NCBI RefSeq assembly: GCF_000150275.1
Contig: NW_002060952.1
Location: forward strand, 1,540,452-1,604,451
Direction: 5' to 3'
Length of the DNA: 64,000 nucleotides
Origin: Trichoplax adhaerens
Lineage: Eukaryota; Animalia; Placozoa
Shown: piece after piece, positions 24,727 to 38,000 of the stretch
Numbering within the stretch: position 1 is the first letter of the stretch
Layout of the letters: every line of letters begins with the position of its first letter
Notes under the pieces: generated by a model
Databases searched by the model: none
What the model was told of the DNA's origin: nothing
Seen by the model: only the letters and a program-made list of their open reading frames with translations
Made by a program: the position numbers and the translations under genes

Positions 24727-27700
24727 ATGGAAGTCAACGATGAGACATTACGTCGATTAGCGCAATGCCTTCGCCAGACATTGGATCCCTCTGCGTCTGT
24801 GAGAAGACCAGGTGAACAATCACTTACTTATTATATAAATAGAGAGAGAGAGAGATACCAATTGGACTACCTTGGCCAGTGCTGTTGATAGTCAGCCATC
24901 ATGACGTTACATTGTTTGAAACATAATTCAAAAGGCATACTTGCAATTTTCAAATTACTCTTTCATCTTATAATTTAATGTATTTTTTTCGTCAACTACT
25001 TAGCTGAGCAGTCGTTAGAACAGTTAGAATCCAATGCTGGATATTCGCTGTTACTGCTACGCTTGGTGGATAACAATCAGTTAGAAATGGAAGTTCGAAT
25101 TGCTGCTACCATTGCATTCAAGAACTTTATTAAGAAAAATTGGCGAATTGTAAGTCTGTAAACTATCTTATACAGTACACCCAAGACTGTAGTCGTTCAA
25201 TATCTTATTAGTAATTAAGTGTCGCTACGACTAGTAATATGATCAGTTTTGTATAATTTCTTAGCAATGAATGGTAAGATTAGCTTTATGGACTAAATAA
25301 GCTACAATTTATGCTTCCCTTTTACGTTAGATCGAAGATGAACCATCAAAGATTAATGACAACGATAGACAGACAGGTATATAGGCTAATGAAACCACTT
25401 GATCAGTTGTAATTGCTGATCGAATAAATTTCAATCTGTGACTACATATTAACAGTACAGTATTTAATAAAAAGTAAAAAAACGAACCTTGTGATAGTTA
25501 TCTTAATTAACGAACCAATGAACTTCAAAACTACTATTTGAGATACTCATCCTTTTTGCTCAAAAGTACTTTATCTTCAGTTAATTCCTATTACATTAAT
25601 AAATTATTAAACAACTGGTTATTACCTATTTGCAACCTTAATCGTAGCGCGCTTTAGAGAAGTGCTACACGAGTAGCAATATCCATGTCGAAAATTTTTT
25701 TATCATGTAATGCACTCACACCGGATTTGTTAGAAATTATAACAACTGCCTTATAGCTAATAGGCTTCTTCTTATATACGTATCATGGCTAGCAAAGCAA
25801 AATAATTAACAACTACACTTGTGATTCATAGTTAAAAGTCTAATCGTAAATCTGATGCTAAGTTCACCCGAGATGATACAACGCCAGGTAAATGCTTTTC
25901 GCTAAGTTTTTGGAACGATCAATAGTTATAATATTAATTAAAAGTAGGTGTTATATAAAGAAAATTGACAATACCAATAATTATATTAGTAATTCTTATT
26001 TGTATTACGCATTTAGCTCAGTGATACCATTAGTATCATCGGCAGAGAGGATTTTCCTGGTAACTGGCTTGGTTTGATGCCGGTTAGTACTAAAATTTTT
26101 TGTCGAACTAATTTTTGAATCGGATGGTTTTAAAGCTACTTTACGATATATAGGAAATATTGGAAAAGATTAAAAGCAATAATCTGAATGTTATCAATGG
26201 AATTTTACGGACAGCTCACTCATTATTCAAGCGGTAAATGTCATTTGTTCTTATATATGATTATTTTAATCAGTTATCGTAATAGGTTGTAAAATTTCCA
26301 AAATCTAGATATCGACACGAATTTAAGTCTAATGAGCTCTTTGCTGAGATAAAATACGTATTGGATTCCTTCGCTGAGCCATTAACAGTATTATTTCAGG
26401 TAGACAAAGAGTTATATTATGATATGAACAATTGCAAACTGTGTCTTCACTGCCTATGCTTATTTATTTCAACTTCCCTTCAATTTAGGCAAGTATGGAG
26501 ACCGTCAGAGGTAACGTGGATGACCCAACTATTCTGCAGCCCGTGTTCGAATCATTAACACTTATGTGCAAAATATTTTATAGTTTAAATTATCAGGTAA
26601 GGGCATGAATGACGATAACGATTATTGATTCTAATTTTGATCTTATAACCTGCGACTTCTCATTCCTAACGAGTCTGATTTATTAACGCTACAGGATATA
26701 CCGGAGTTTTTCGAAGACAATATGAAAACATGGATGGATAGTTTTCTGTTTTTGCTGACGACCAGTTTTCCAAAATTACAGACAAAAGTTGGTAGATTTT
26801 TAATTTCTTTCAACACCAGTCTAGTAGTATTCATTAATTAGATATTTTCCTGTCAAATTTGCCTATTATAGTCCGACGACATTGCCGGACCTATTGAAAT
26901 CGTTCGATCTCAAATTTGTGATTCAGTTACTTTGTATGCCCAAAAATATGATGAAGAGTTTCAGGTAATGATTAGAATGTTTTTATTGACTTGCTTGTTT
27001 CATGCTAAAACACGAAATCTTTCGATAGAGCTATTTACCGGCTTTTGTTACTGCCGTGTGGACACTACTTACCAACACTGGAATGTTGGCGAAGTATGAT
27101 TTGGTAATGGTTATTTGCAGTGATTGACATGTATTTAGATAGGATTACTAATAAATTAATTACCGAATCGCTATTTTAATATACAGCTTGTCAGTAATGC
27201 TATCCAATTCCTAACAAGTGTATGCGAAAGAGAAAACTATAAAGGACTATTTCACGAAGAATCAGTTTTGATTTAATTTCTAGCATGGCAGTACTGCAGT
27301 TAATGAACTAGTTAATATAGTTGACTTTTTTACAAGTCAAGTAATGCCCGAATTGGCATCGACAGGTACGGATAGAATGAATTATTTATGGCAGACATCC
27401 ACTAATGTCAGGCTTTATACTTGCTTATATATTGTAAATTATTAGATGAGTCCAAAAGTGTATTGAAAGCCGATTCCATCAAATTTATTATAACTTTTAG
27501 AGGCATGGTATGTAACATAAAGCATAATACTTACAATTCACAATGGATATATGCAACCAGTGTTATTCTTCATTTATATGTTCCCAGTTGCCTCCTAAGT
27601 ATGTGATCGATTGTATACCGATTCTGGTAACTCACCTACTAAATGAAAGCATTGTCGTTCATTCGTACGCGGCATTTTGCATCGAGAGAATTTTTATGAT

Positions 27701-29946
27701 TAAGAATGCTAGCGGTGGAGACTTGTTAGTTGATACTAATTCCTTTATAATTTGTATGCATTTATCTGACATATTTTGAAATGACTATAACGTTTTTCGT
27801 AATTGCTTCAGGATTACAGTAAATGATGTACAATCAATCCTGCAGCAGTTAATTACCAATCTTTTTGGTACTTTAAGTATAAGTGGGTCTGAGGAGAATG
27901 ATTATGTCATGAAAGGTATCGCAGGAGTGCATATATATATATATATATGTAATTAGTTTAAAATGAACTACAATCTAACAACACCTTAGTAGCGAGTAGT
28001 AAAGTATGCTGTTTTTAATTCTTGACTATTAGCGATCATGCGCGCCATTTCATTAGCGAAAGCTTCTATCATTCCACTAGTTCCAAGAATTTTACCATTG
28101 CTAACAGAGAAGCTACGAGTTGTTAGTAAGGTAAGCCAATCTACCCTTTGTAGACTAGGTTATAACGTTTTCAGAATGTACTGTAATATATTTTACGTTA
28201 CTGTTATAGAATCCACGACGACCACAATTTAATCATTATCTTTTTGAGACTATCTGCTGTATTATTAGGTTGGTGTATACGTATTTATTTGAACATGTAT
28301 AGATAGCATGTCCGTATTATGACCGTAATTCTCGAATGTAGGTATACATGTAAAGAACAGATCGACACTATAGGATCTTTTGAGGGTTCACTCTTACCAG
28401 TTTTCCAAGAAATTTTACAGCAAGATGTTTTGGGTAAATGATATATTGATAACTGCAATAGCCTGTTGATTATTAGTGAGATTACGCGTGTAATTAAAGT
28501 CATAATTTTATCATTCTTTAGAGTTTTTGCCGTACGTCTTTCAAGTGTTATCTCTGCTTCTGGAGCTTAGGCAACCCCCTACTCCAGATATGTACTTGGG
28601 CTTATTTAGCTGTTTATTAAATCCAGTGTTGTGGGAACGTCAAGGAAATATACCTGCTTTAGTGCGACTTTTACAAGCATATGTTATGAAATCTCCGGCA
28701 AAAATTGCCACTGCTGAAAATTCTCTAAATGGTGTGCTTGGAGTCTTCCAGAAATTAATTGCCTCGAAATCTAATGACCATCATGGATTTTACTTGTTGC
28801 AAAGCATTTTAGAATTTATGCCTAAAGATGTTGTTGATAGATATATGCATCAAGTTTATCTACTGTTATTTCAGCGCTTGCAAAAATCCAAGACTACAAA
28901 ATTTGTTAAAGGTTTTATAGTATTTTGCTGTTTATGTCTCACAAAAGGCGTTGATAGTCTGATTGAATTGGTCGATTCCATCCAGCCGAAGTTAGTATAT
29001 TGCTGCAGCGTTGTAAAATTGCTGAACTAAAGCCGTCTTTATTTTTGTCTTAGGCTTTTTGGAATGGTTATAGAGAGATTATTCCTATTAGATCTTCAAA
29101 AAGTGGGATAGCCATCTGATAATTATATTAAGATATTTATATAATCAACCTATAAACTACATGAAATAATGACAATAATTCGGTTCTATCTTCAACCAGG
29201 TTGATGGTGTAATTGAACGTAAAATATGTGCTGTTGGAATATCTAAATTACTTACGGAATCTTCCAAGACTCTATCGGAAGATCAATACCTTTCGTATTG
29301 GTAAGTGTCTCTAATTGGTAAACTTAAAAATTATATGCTTCCTATTAAGTTAACAGAAAGTATTCTCTTATTCCTCAGGCCTAATCTTCTGCAAGCCTTA
29401 ATCAACTTCTTTGAAATCCCAAGTGATGATACATTGCCAGATGATGAACACTTCATTGACGTAGAAGATACTCCCGGTAATGATAGGGTTGATACGACTG
29501 ATTGTTATAGTGAAGATCCTATTGATGAATGCATCATTTATTATTTAAACATAAATTTAAATGCAACGATTTGCTATAGGTTATCAGGTTGCATTCTCTC
29601 AACTGATCTTCGCTGGTAAGAACGACTACAATCCAGTTTCCGATATCGGTAATCCGAAGCAGTTTTTAGCTATTGCTCTTAGTAGATTATCGAATAATCA
29701 CCCAGGAAAGGTAAATCAATTGTTCGCTGCTGTAGCTTTGTAAGGATTTAATGTATTTACTGATTCTAAAATAGATAATGTTATTTAATGTCATTTAAAT
29801 ATATTTATGAAAATTTGTTTACTTGTATCAAACAAATCTATAATTTGCTTGAACTTTAGATTATCCAATTAATTAATCAAATGAATGCAGAGGCTCAAAA
29901 ATTTCTTAATAACTATCTTCAAGCGTCTGGCGTAACAATAAGCTAA
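24727..29946 (+). CDS. CSE1L: Exportin-2 / CSE1L (importin-alpha re-exporter), more than 20 exons; internal segment missing at about 27270
   Basis: MEVNDETLRRLAQCLRQTLDP, FKNFIKKNW, LSDTISIIGREDFP, YRHEFKSNELF, DIPEFFEDNM, LYAQKYDEEF, PYVFQVLSLLLE, VLWERQGNIPALVRLLQA, LGVFQKLIASKSNDHHGFYLL and DDEHFIDVEDTPGYQVAFSQL. Stop at 29944-29946. Confidence 0.95.
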
Positions 29947-32054
29947 GATCGAAACTGTAAATGATACGAAAATTTGGTAATTAGAACGATTAGATGTACA
30001 ACATCTCTTTGACACTATTAAGCCTTCTAAATTGGTTATCAGTCGGGCGGTATTACCATGGAAGCAATCACGTTTCATTTTGCTTAGTAATTTTTGTAGC
30101 TATTATTCAATCTTATACCAGAATCGGGATATTGCTAAAATGATAATAAAGACAGGAAAAATCCGAGATCTTGTTGCATTGCATTCTTTCCTCAATTGGT
30201 CAGTCGTTGACCGTTGTTAACACAATATAAAACGTACTGTGTGGGTTTTCACTAGATGTTTTGTTATTTCAATAACATTCAAATATTGATTACTATATAT
30301 AATTATCTAATTAATAAGTATAATAATAATAACAAGCAGACTTATAATATGATGATATCCGAGTACTAAGATATATAACTTGAAGGGTAATATTTGCAAC
30401 AACAGCCTAGAAAATCAAACCAAAATTTACTCATAAAAGAAGAATTGATAATCGTAGTCCATAAACTTACGAGCGAATGTTGTTAGAGGATATGCGTACA
30501 TGGAACAGAGAAATGGGTTAATTTTACAGTAAGATTCGAATGAAACCTGGTAATTCCTCAACTGATTCGCGTTCAACGCTAACGTTGGAATTAGCTTTAG
30601 ACTTGCATAATCAAAGCAATAGGTATAAAGATGTGCGAATAAATACGTATATTTGCAAGTACCTATGCTATTTATAGTTACCAATAGAGATGATAAATGT
30701 TTGTCGTTTGCCACCGTAAACTTCATTAACCAGATCGTAAATTAAAGACAGTAGACAGGTAATAACAAAGTTATAAATAATAGATAATGATGTTAATTAT
30801 TAATAAAGTAATACAATTTTGGTAATATAAGGCTGAAAGCTTGATTATATTAGATTATACCGGTAGTTCACAGCACGCTTAAATACTTAAATTATAATGA
30901 TTCATACGAACATAACTCATATATTGCGTTCTGTGTATAATATAATCCCTAGCATTCTTAAAGCAACCAACACGGTAGGCATACTAATTTATATTCTTAA
31001 ATGACATTGAATGTAGTTGACAATAAATTAATTTATTAATAAATATTTTATATGAAATCGTAAATAAAAAATATACACCAGATAGGATTTACCAGTGTTA
31101 TAACATTATCATCGAAATGATTTAGCTTTACTGCCGATCATTACACGTACAATGTAAGTCGTACATGCGTTTTACTATATATTAGAATTATTATCGACTA
31201 TTTTCCTAAAAATTGTTTCCATTGTGAAGAAAAAGGTCTGGAATAGATTTTCAATTCTGCTCGCGATGTCAAGATTGATGATTAAGGTGCACATCAAAGT
31301 TTTATAATCTGATCCTTTCAAACTATAAACATTAATACAACTCATTTCTACTCGTATGTTGTGTTTAATCCTTCATAAGATTCTATTCTAATTTAATGCT
31401 GACGCTTTAAGAGTTTTCATGTGCTTTCGCTCACTTACATAACGGCATAGTTTGCGATCAAGAAATGATTGATGCTTGTTATCATTGATTTAACAAATCT
31501 AAGCTATTTTTTTAATTTTAAACTTATATTAAGATATCTTATCGCTTCAATATTCCTATATATTGACCCTGCAATACTTCGAAAATTAACTTTGTAATGA
31601 TTTATCGGTTACTTTTTTAAATACGAGAGATAGTGTGGCACTAATTAAACTATATAAAGAATAGACGATATTTCTAAAACCTAAGCCATATCAGTTGTTG
31701 TTGACAGAAGCCCTTATGAAAACTCGTTTAGAAGTCTTGATTATCACGCAGACAGTCTAAATTAATCTTAGAGTTTAATTTAATATTAAATTTTATTATG
31801 CTTGCTATTAATCTACAGTGACTCAGCACTTTCCGTTACAAAAATCAAATTAAAATATGAACTACATACTCTATTTTATTCATAGCATATTTTTTCATTC
31901 ATTCATTATTTTTTTTTTAATATAAATTGGGCTATAAAATTGAGTAAGGAATTAAATTTCTTCTCCTTTCTTACAATCAATTTTCAATATTTATTTAGAG
32001 AGCTAGAAAATCGAATTAAATTTAACTAAGATTGAATTTCTTTTTTTTCTGTAG

Positions 32055-35000
32055 CTAATCTTCATATCGATTCTGACGGCTAAACACGTAACAGGTTTGA
32101 AAATAGCTAGCAATTTCGATTTAAGTATACGCACCATTACACATCATTGACTATATTGGAATTAAGCCCATATTTCAATATATGGAAATCTATATTAGCT
32201 GTGGTCTATTCTAACCATGATTAAAAATTTTATCTTTTCTTTACAGCTCCGTTAATTTATTCTAACTTTTCTGCTGGTGCTTGTACTAATGATTGGGTTC
32301 AATTAGAAAATGTCTGTGCTAGACGTTTTTCATTGTTTCTTGATAAATATATTGATGCCCAGCATTATTGTGGAACTAGAGGTGGACAGCTTGTTACTGC
32401 ACAGACGGTATCCCAATGGAAGCAACTTAAGAGTTATTTAAATTCTTTCATACCATCACTAACAGTGAGTGTTTGGTTAGGATTACGCGATATCAATCAG
32501 ACCGATGATCCTACTAAATTTATTTGGGATGGAAGTAATGAAACCACAGATAAATTTTCCGTATGGGGATCCGGTCAGCCTAATAGTGGCTTTCAATATT
32601 GTGCTAAAGCATATGTCTATCGGTCTTGGGATTGGTTTGATACAGAGTGTAATAATCCGTATTCTTTGAATGTCGTTTGTGAGAGACAATTTTTCAGCTT
32701 TGAGGAAACAGCATTACAAGGTATCGGTCTCAGTAGGAGAACTAAATTAGTGAAAAGTTAGAAAAAAAGGTTTTCTCTTTCTCTGCAAATCATAACAGTA
32801 GTGAAATCTATAAATCATATTTCTTTTTACGTGTACAGATTTAAAAGTGCCTGCCATAGTTTATCGTATCTAGAGTGGATTGCTAGGATAGTATACCGAT
32901 ATATTAGAAAATAGAAATTCATATATACCCATATAAATTAATAATCTTGATAAACAGAGGATATGTAATTAAACAAAGAAAATAAAATTTTTATTTATAA
33001 TCTCGTAATCCTGCAATTCGTAAGTATATAAAGTTTATTTTAATGCTAATGTAATTTGTATTTAAGACTTCTTGGCCATGATAACCCATAGAGACATAAA
33101 ATGAACTTTTATATCAATGTACATTAAAGTAATTTTAAAATTCCAACTTTACGATCTTAAGGTCTTAGTTATTTTAGAACACATGAAATTATTTTTTACG
33201 CTATCCTATCATAAACGGTGATAAAGTTCCTAGTTGTCATACAATCATTTTATTTGATATACTAAATACCCAAAAGTAGAGAACAATAGAGTAAGCTCTT
33301 ACGCTATCATCCACGTATAAGATTTTGCTTTTATAAACAAGTATTACGCCATTTTTTCTTTAATAAAAGAACTAGCGGAAGAAATGTCCGTAGAATCATT
33401 CAACGTGAGCTCAGAATTGGAAGTTCAAAGCGCTACGGATAGCTATCGATTGACCGATCCAGCCTTGATCAGCCGATCACAATCAGCAAATAGCGATATA
33501 TCTGACGTTGATATATCGAGATCGATTATATCAGATATGGCTAGCAATTCAATAAGCATTTCATCTTCTGTTTTCAATGATTTATATGGAACTGAATTTG
33601 ATACCATTAGTGACGAACTAAGTTCTAGTTCAGATTTAATTAATGATTTGGGTAGAATTTCATTTACTGGTATTGCTAGGTCGAAATTTTCTGCCGAGAT
33701 ATCTACTCAGACAACGATGTCGCCAATTATCGATCCGTCACTCAGTGTTGAAGATTATAATAGCTTTGATATTACGATTATGCCAGGTAGTGAAAATCAG
33801 TCAGGGTACTCTTTAAGCAGTAGTATATTGGCAGTAGCCAGTCCAAGCGATCTTTATCAATTACCAATAATCATATTTGATACAACTCAAACAACGTATA
33901 TCCTACATGGACCAATGACCTTTAGTGCTGATGATTCCAGATATTCAGAAAGCAGAGTAGAGAATACTTTAATAGAATCGTATCAAGCTTCGTTAACAAA
34001 TGGTAGCACAAGTTATGCTAACCTAATTCATTCTACCAGTAGGTTAGATACGATTAATTTAGAAGAATCTTTATCTAAAAGTTCTAGCCTTGTTCCAGGA
34101 TATACTATTAGCGATAATTCCATTCTGGAATATGCAACCAAAGAATCGAGCGTGACAGCTTCTACAATAATGGCTAGTAGTAGTACTAATAGTAGCGAAA
34201 GTAGTAGTAGCAGTTTACCAGAGATTTCTACTGTTAGTTTTGGAGACTATGAAAGCCACCTTTCCATCAAAAGTTGCCTTAACGCGTACTATGAGTATAC
34301 ATCGTTATCTTTATCCACATTCTTATCCATCAGCAATACAACAAATATGGCATTTGAAGGTGATTATGTTATACGCATCTATATTATAATCATTCGTGAT
34401 CTAGCCTACTTCATAATATAAGTACTCATTTTTCTTGCATATCTGTATCTAAGAATTTTTTAAAATATTTTCAGAAAATCCGACCACGCTACCGTACAGT
34501 TCAAGTTCGATAACTGAAAGCAAATGCTGTAGGTGTTTTCGTAATCGTTTGTCACAAACCCTTCTAAGCATTATTTCCATCATTACTTCAACTATAATCT
34601 TGAAGCTCTCATATTATGTAATATCAAGAGTACTGTATAAAAGTATTCCTACAATTGAAGTAACGGCAAAATCTCCAGAAGTAGATTGCAATATAGATTA
34701 ATTAGCATTAATTCGTAGCGAGTCTTTTTCGTTCTACAAATTAATTAAAATACTTGGCAATGCCAAAAACGTAAAGCAAACGATAAACGTTGTATGAAAT
34801 GTTCTGTTACATAATTATTATATGATTGAGGCATCTAACGAATAAGCTATTACGTTTTCTTATGTTTCAGTTTTGAACTCGTATCCTACTTCAATTAGCA
34901 TAGATCTGTAATCGCAAGCAATCTTTAATTTTATAGTTGAAATTTTACTTATTAATAATGCGATCCGAGTTTGCTGTAATTTTTCTAAGTTAAATTAATT

Positions 35001-38000
35001 TTTGAATTCATGACGCTTAAAACTGAATATATATCTGGACTTGAACTAGAGATATATTCGATAAATATATTTAGCGAAGTTTTAATGCATTGTTCCAAAT
35101 ATAGCCATAAATCATATTTTATTTGCTGCTATTCTAATATACGTATTGTAACATAATTACTTTAACTTTATTATGTATTAAAAAAGTCCTTTTAGTTACT
35201 TGCTTAAATACTGCTAGTTGGTTCGTGTATACTGCACTTCGGGTTACTTATGTATGTACAAAACGTAAATGATAGCATGTTGAGTAAGCATATCTAGCTA
35301 GAGCGGAATCATATTCGTTGAAAATCGTGAGATATGTACTTCCAGTTAGAAAGCCTCACATCAAAATACTTAGTAACGAAATTATTCATGCTCTTTTACC
35401 TCAGTTGAATAGAATACAGTATAAAATAACGTTGTCATAAATTTCGGACGAATTAATATATTATCTTCGATTACTAAATATTGATGGTCAATAGAACGTG
35501 ATATAAAATTTAGAATGAAATAATTGATTTTTTTATAATCTCTCTCAGCTTATATTGACTTTTTTTTAGGTAATTCAATTAATGGATCTACTGTTGTGAC
35601 AATAGATGTTATGGAGGTAAAATTACTGTACAAATGTGAATATCGTTGCGAAATAAATTAGTGATTGGCACGATTAATAGCATGATATAAGATAATTACC
35701 ACATAAAATTTTGCACTTACCCCAATTTAAGAGTAACCTTAAATAAATCGAAATGAATTGCAGATATGCAAAGCTAGAGATGAAGGCATTAGTCAAGTAA
35801 TAGAAGAGAGTTCCTCTAATAAGAAACAAAAATTGGTGAGTCAGTTTAAAGATATTTTTATTTGATAGCTTGGTAAATAATCGTGAACTTATTGCTAACT
35901 TTAGGAGGAAAGTAATCAATATTTGGCTATATTTCGAGATAAACTTCTAAATTATAAAATTATATTAAATTTTCGGCATTTGTAAAATAATTTTTAAAAT
36001 AGAAAATGAACAGAATCATTTCCAAAATTGAAAAATCAGATTTGGAAATAGCTGAGATATTATTGGCAAACAATCGTTCCAGTATCGCATCCCTTTCTAC
36101 AAATATCTCCAGTAAGTTCACAATCATTTTCAAATTAAGCTATTAGCTGTTAACGTAATCCATTTCTGTAGTCAATATCCAATATTTAGTAGGTAAAGAG
36201 AGTTACGCATATGATTTAAGTCTATTATGAGTATTGTAATACGAAGAAAATATAATTAACAAGCTGGTGATTGCTAATTAAACCACTATCCATGCGTATC
36301 TTAACTTTTATCATTTATTGTGGGGTACGATATTGATTAAAATTTTTCTTACAATGTTTGAATTGCTTAATAGCTCAACACTTATTGGTACTCATAGTCT
36401 GAAAGTTAGATAGATACAACATTTTATTAATTAAATTAATTAAGGAGAAAGAATTGATCAATAACTATCATATTTCACAACATGTAATAAATAATCTCAG
36501 ATCATGTATTCTCAATTATATTTTTCAAACATTTGCTTAACCTAATTAGCCAATTGGGACTTTATTACAATGTTAGCTTTTCGAGATTTTGATATATCAA
36601 GTATTCAAGATTACACCCAGTAATGCTATCATTTTTGTTACTTTTTTCTTAATTTTTATCATTTACAGTGGTTTGGATACGATGTATTCATTCTAGTAAT
36701 ATGCCAGGATTGCATTTCAATCTTTCTTTATCCAAATTGCAAGAGTCTGAAGTCTCATTCATCATACCCAAAGAAATTGTAAAAGCAGATTATAATGGTT
36801 TGTAATGTGCTAAAATATATTGTTTTAAGTATGGAAACATAGCTGAGACAATTCATTCGAGCCTAACTAATAAGTATATACTGCATAATAGCTCTGATTG
36901 CTAAACTACCATATAACCGTACTACTGGTAATGTACACTTGTTCATTCCGGTATGCAGAGTTAATTAGCTTAATATTAGCGTCATGTATTGGTCAAAAAT
37001 TGAAAATTAGGATAAAATCTGAAAGATTTGCAACAGTACCATTTTGCTATATTAAAAAACTCGATAACAATAATTGCTGATACCACTGTAATCATTTTTT
37101 TTAGGATATATTGCTACAATTGTTCGATTGACCAAGCTTAGTGACAGTGACTTGGAAACAAGGCAAGTTAATTTGTTGACTATCATAGAAAGTTGGAGAG
37201 AATAAATTTTTGAATATTTCCAGTCTACTAGAAGTCACTGTCATGAATAATTCATCTGATGTTTTAAAAATTAGAGGACCATTGTCAATAAATGATAGCA
37301 CGGTGTCCAAATATACATACTACATCAAAGATGGTCTCTTATTATCGTCAAATATCATTGGAGAAATTAACTTTTTGAAGCCTATAGAAATTATTTTTGA
37401 TTTTACTGGCCAGGTAACAGCGTGGTGCGAATCCTATAACAGTAATAATTTCTTGCATCTATATTTGTTATACATTCTCAAGATCGACAGCTTTTAATTA
37501 TGCATTAATTGATAGCCTTATTACTTTAAGCAGCTATAAATTTAAAGTAAGGTCATAGTCTCCATACTATTTTATAGTTTCCAACTAAGATTTGTTTGCC
37601 TTAACTAATATAATCTGTTATATGAAGGAAATATCTAATGGTTGAATAAGATTACTAAAAGATATCAATTGAAAAATTTGTGTAATTTATCTTTTCTATA
37701 TTTCAGTTGAATGATAATCACGACGCAGATTTAATTTGTGCATATTGGATGTTGAAGTAAGTATTATAGAAATTATACAGTCTATAAGCTGATTAAAAAA
37801 TCTAAATTTCTAACATACGTCAACTTAGAAAGTCTTGCTTTACAATGATTGATTTGAGAAGAATTATGCTGAATCTTTAGATACTTATTTACGGTGATCT
37901 TATTATCTCACAGTAATGATACTTCGGGAGAGGAAGCAAGGTGGTCTACTGAAGGAGTAGTAACAAATCGCTCAAATAGAACCCACATCGTATGTGAAAC

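Noticed and set aside
34550-34570. TGTCACAAACCCT resembling the solo-LTR left end
   Set aside because: No matching right end or TSD was found.
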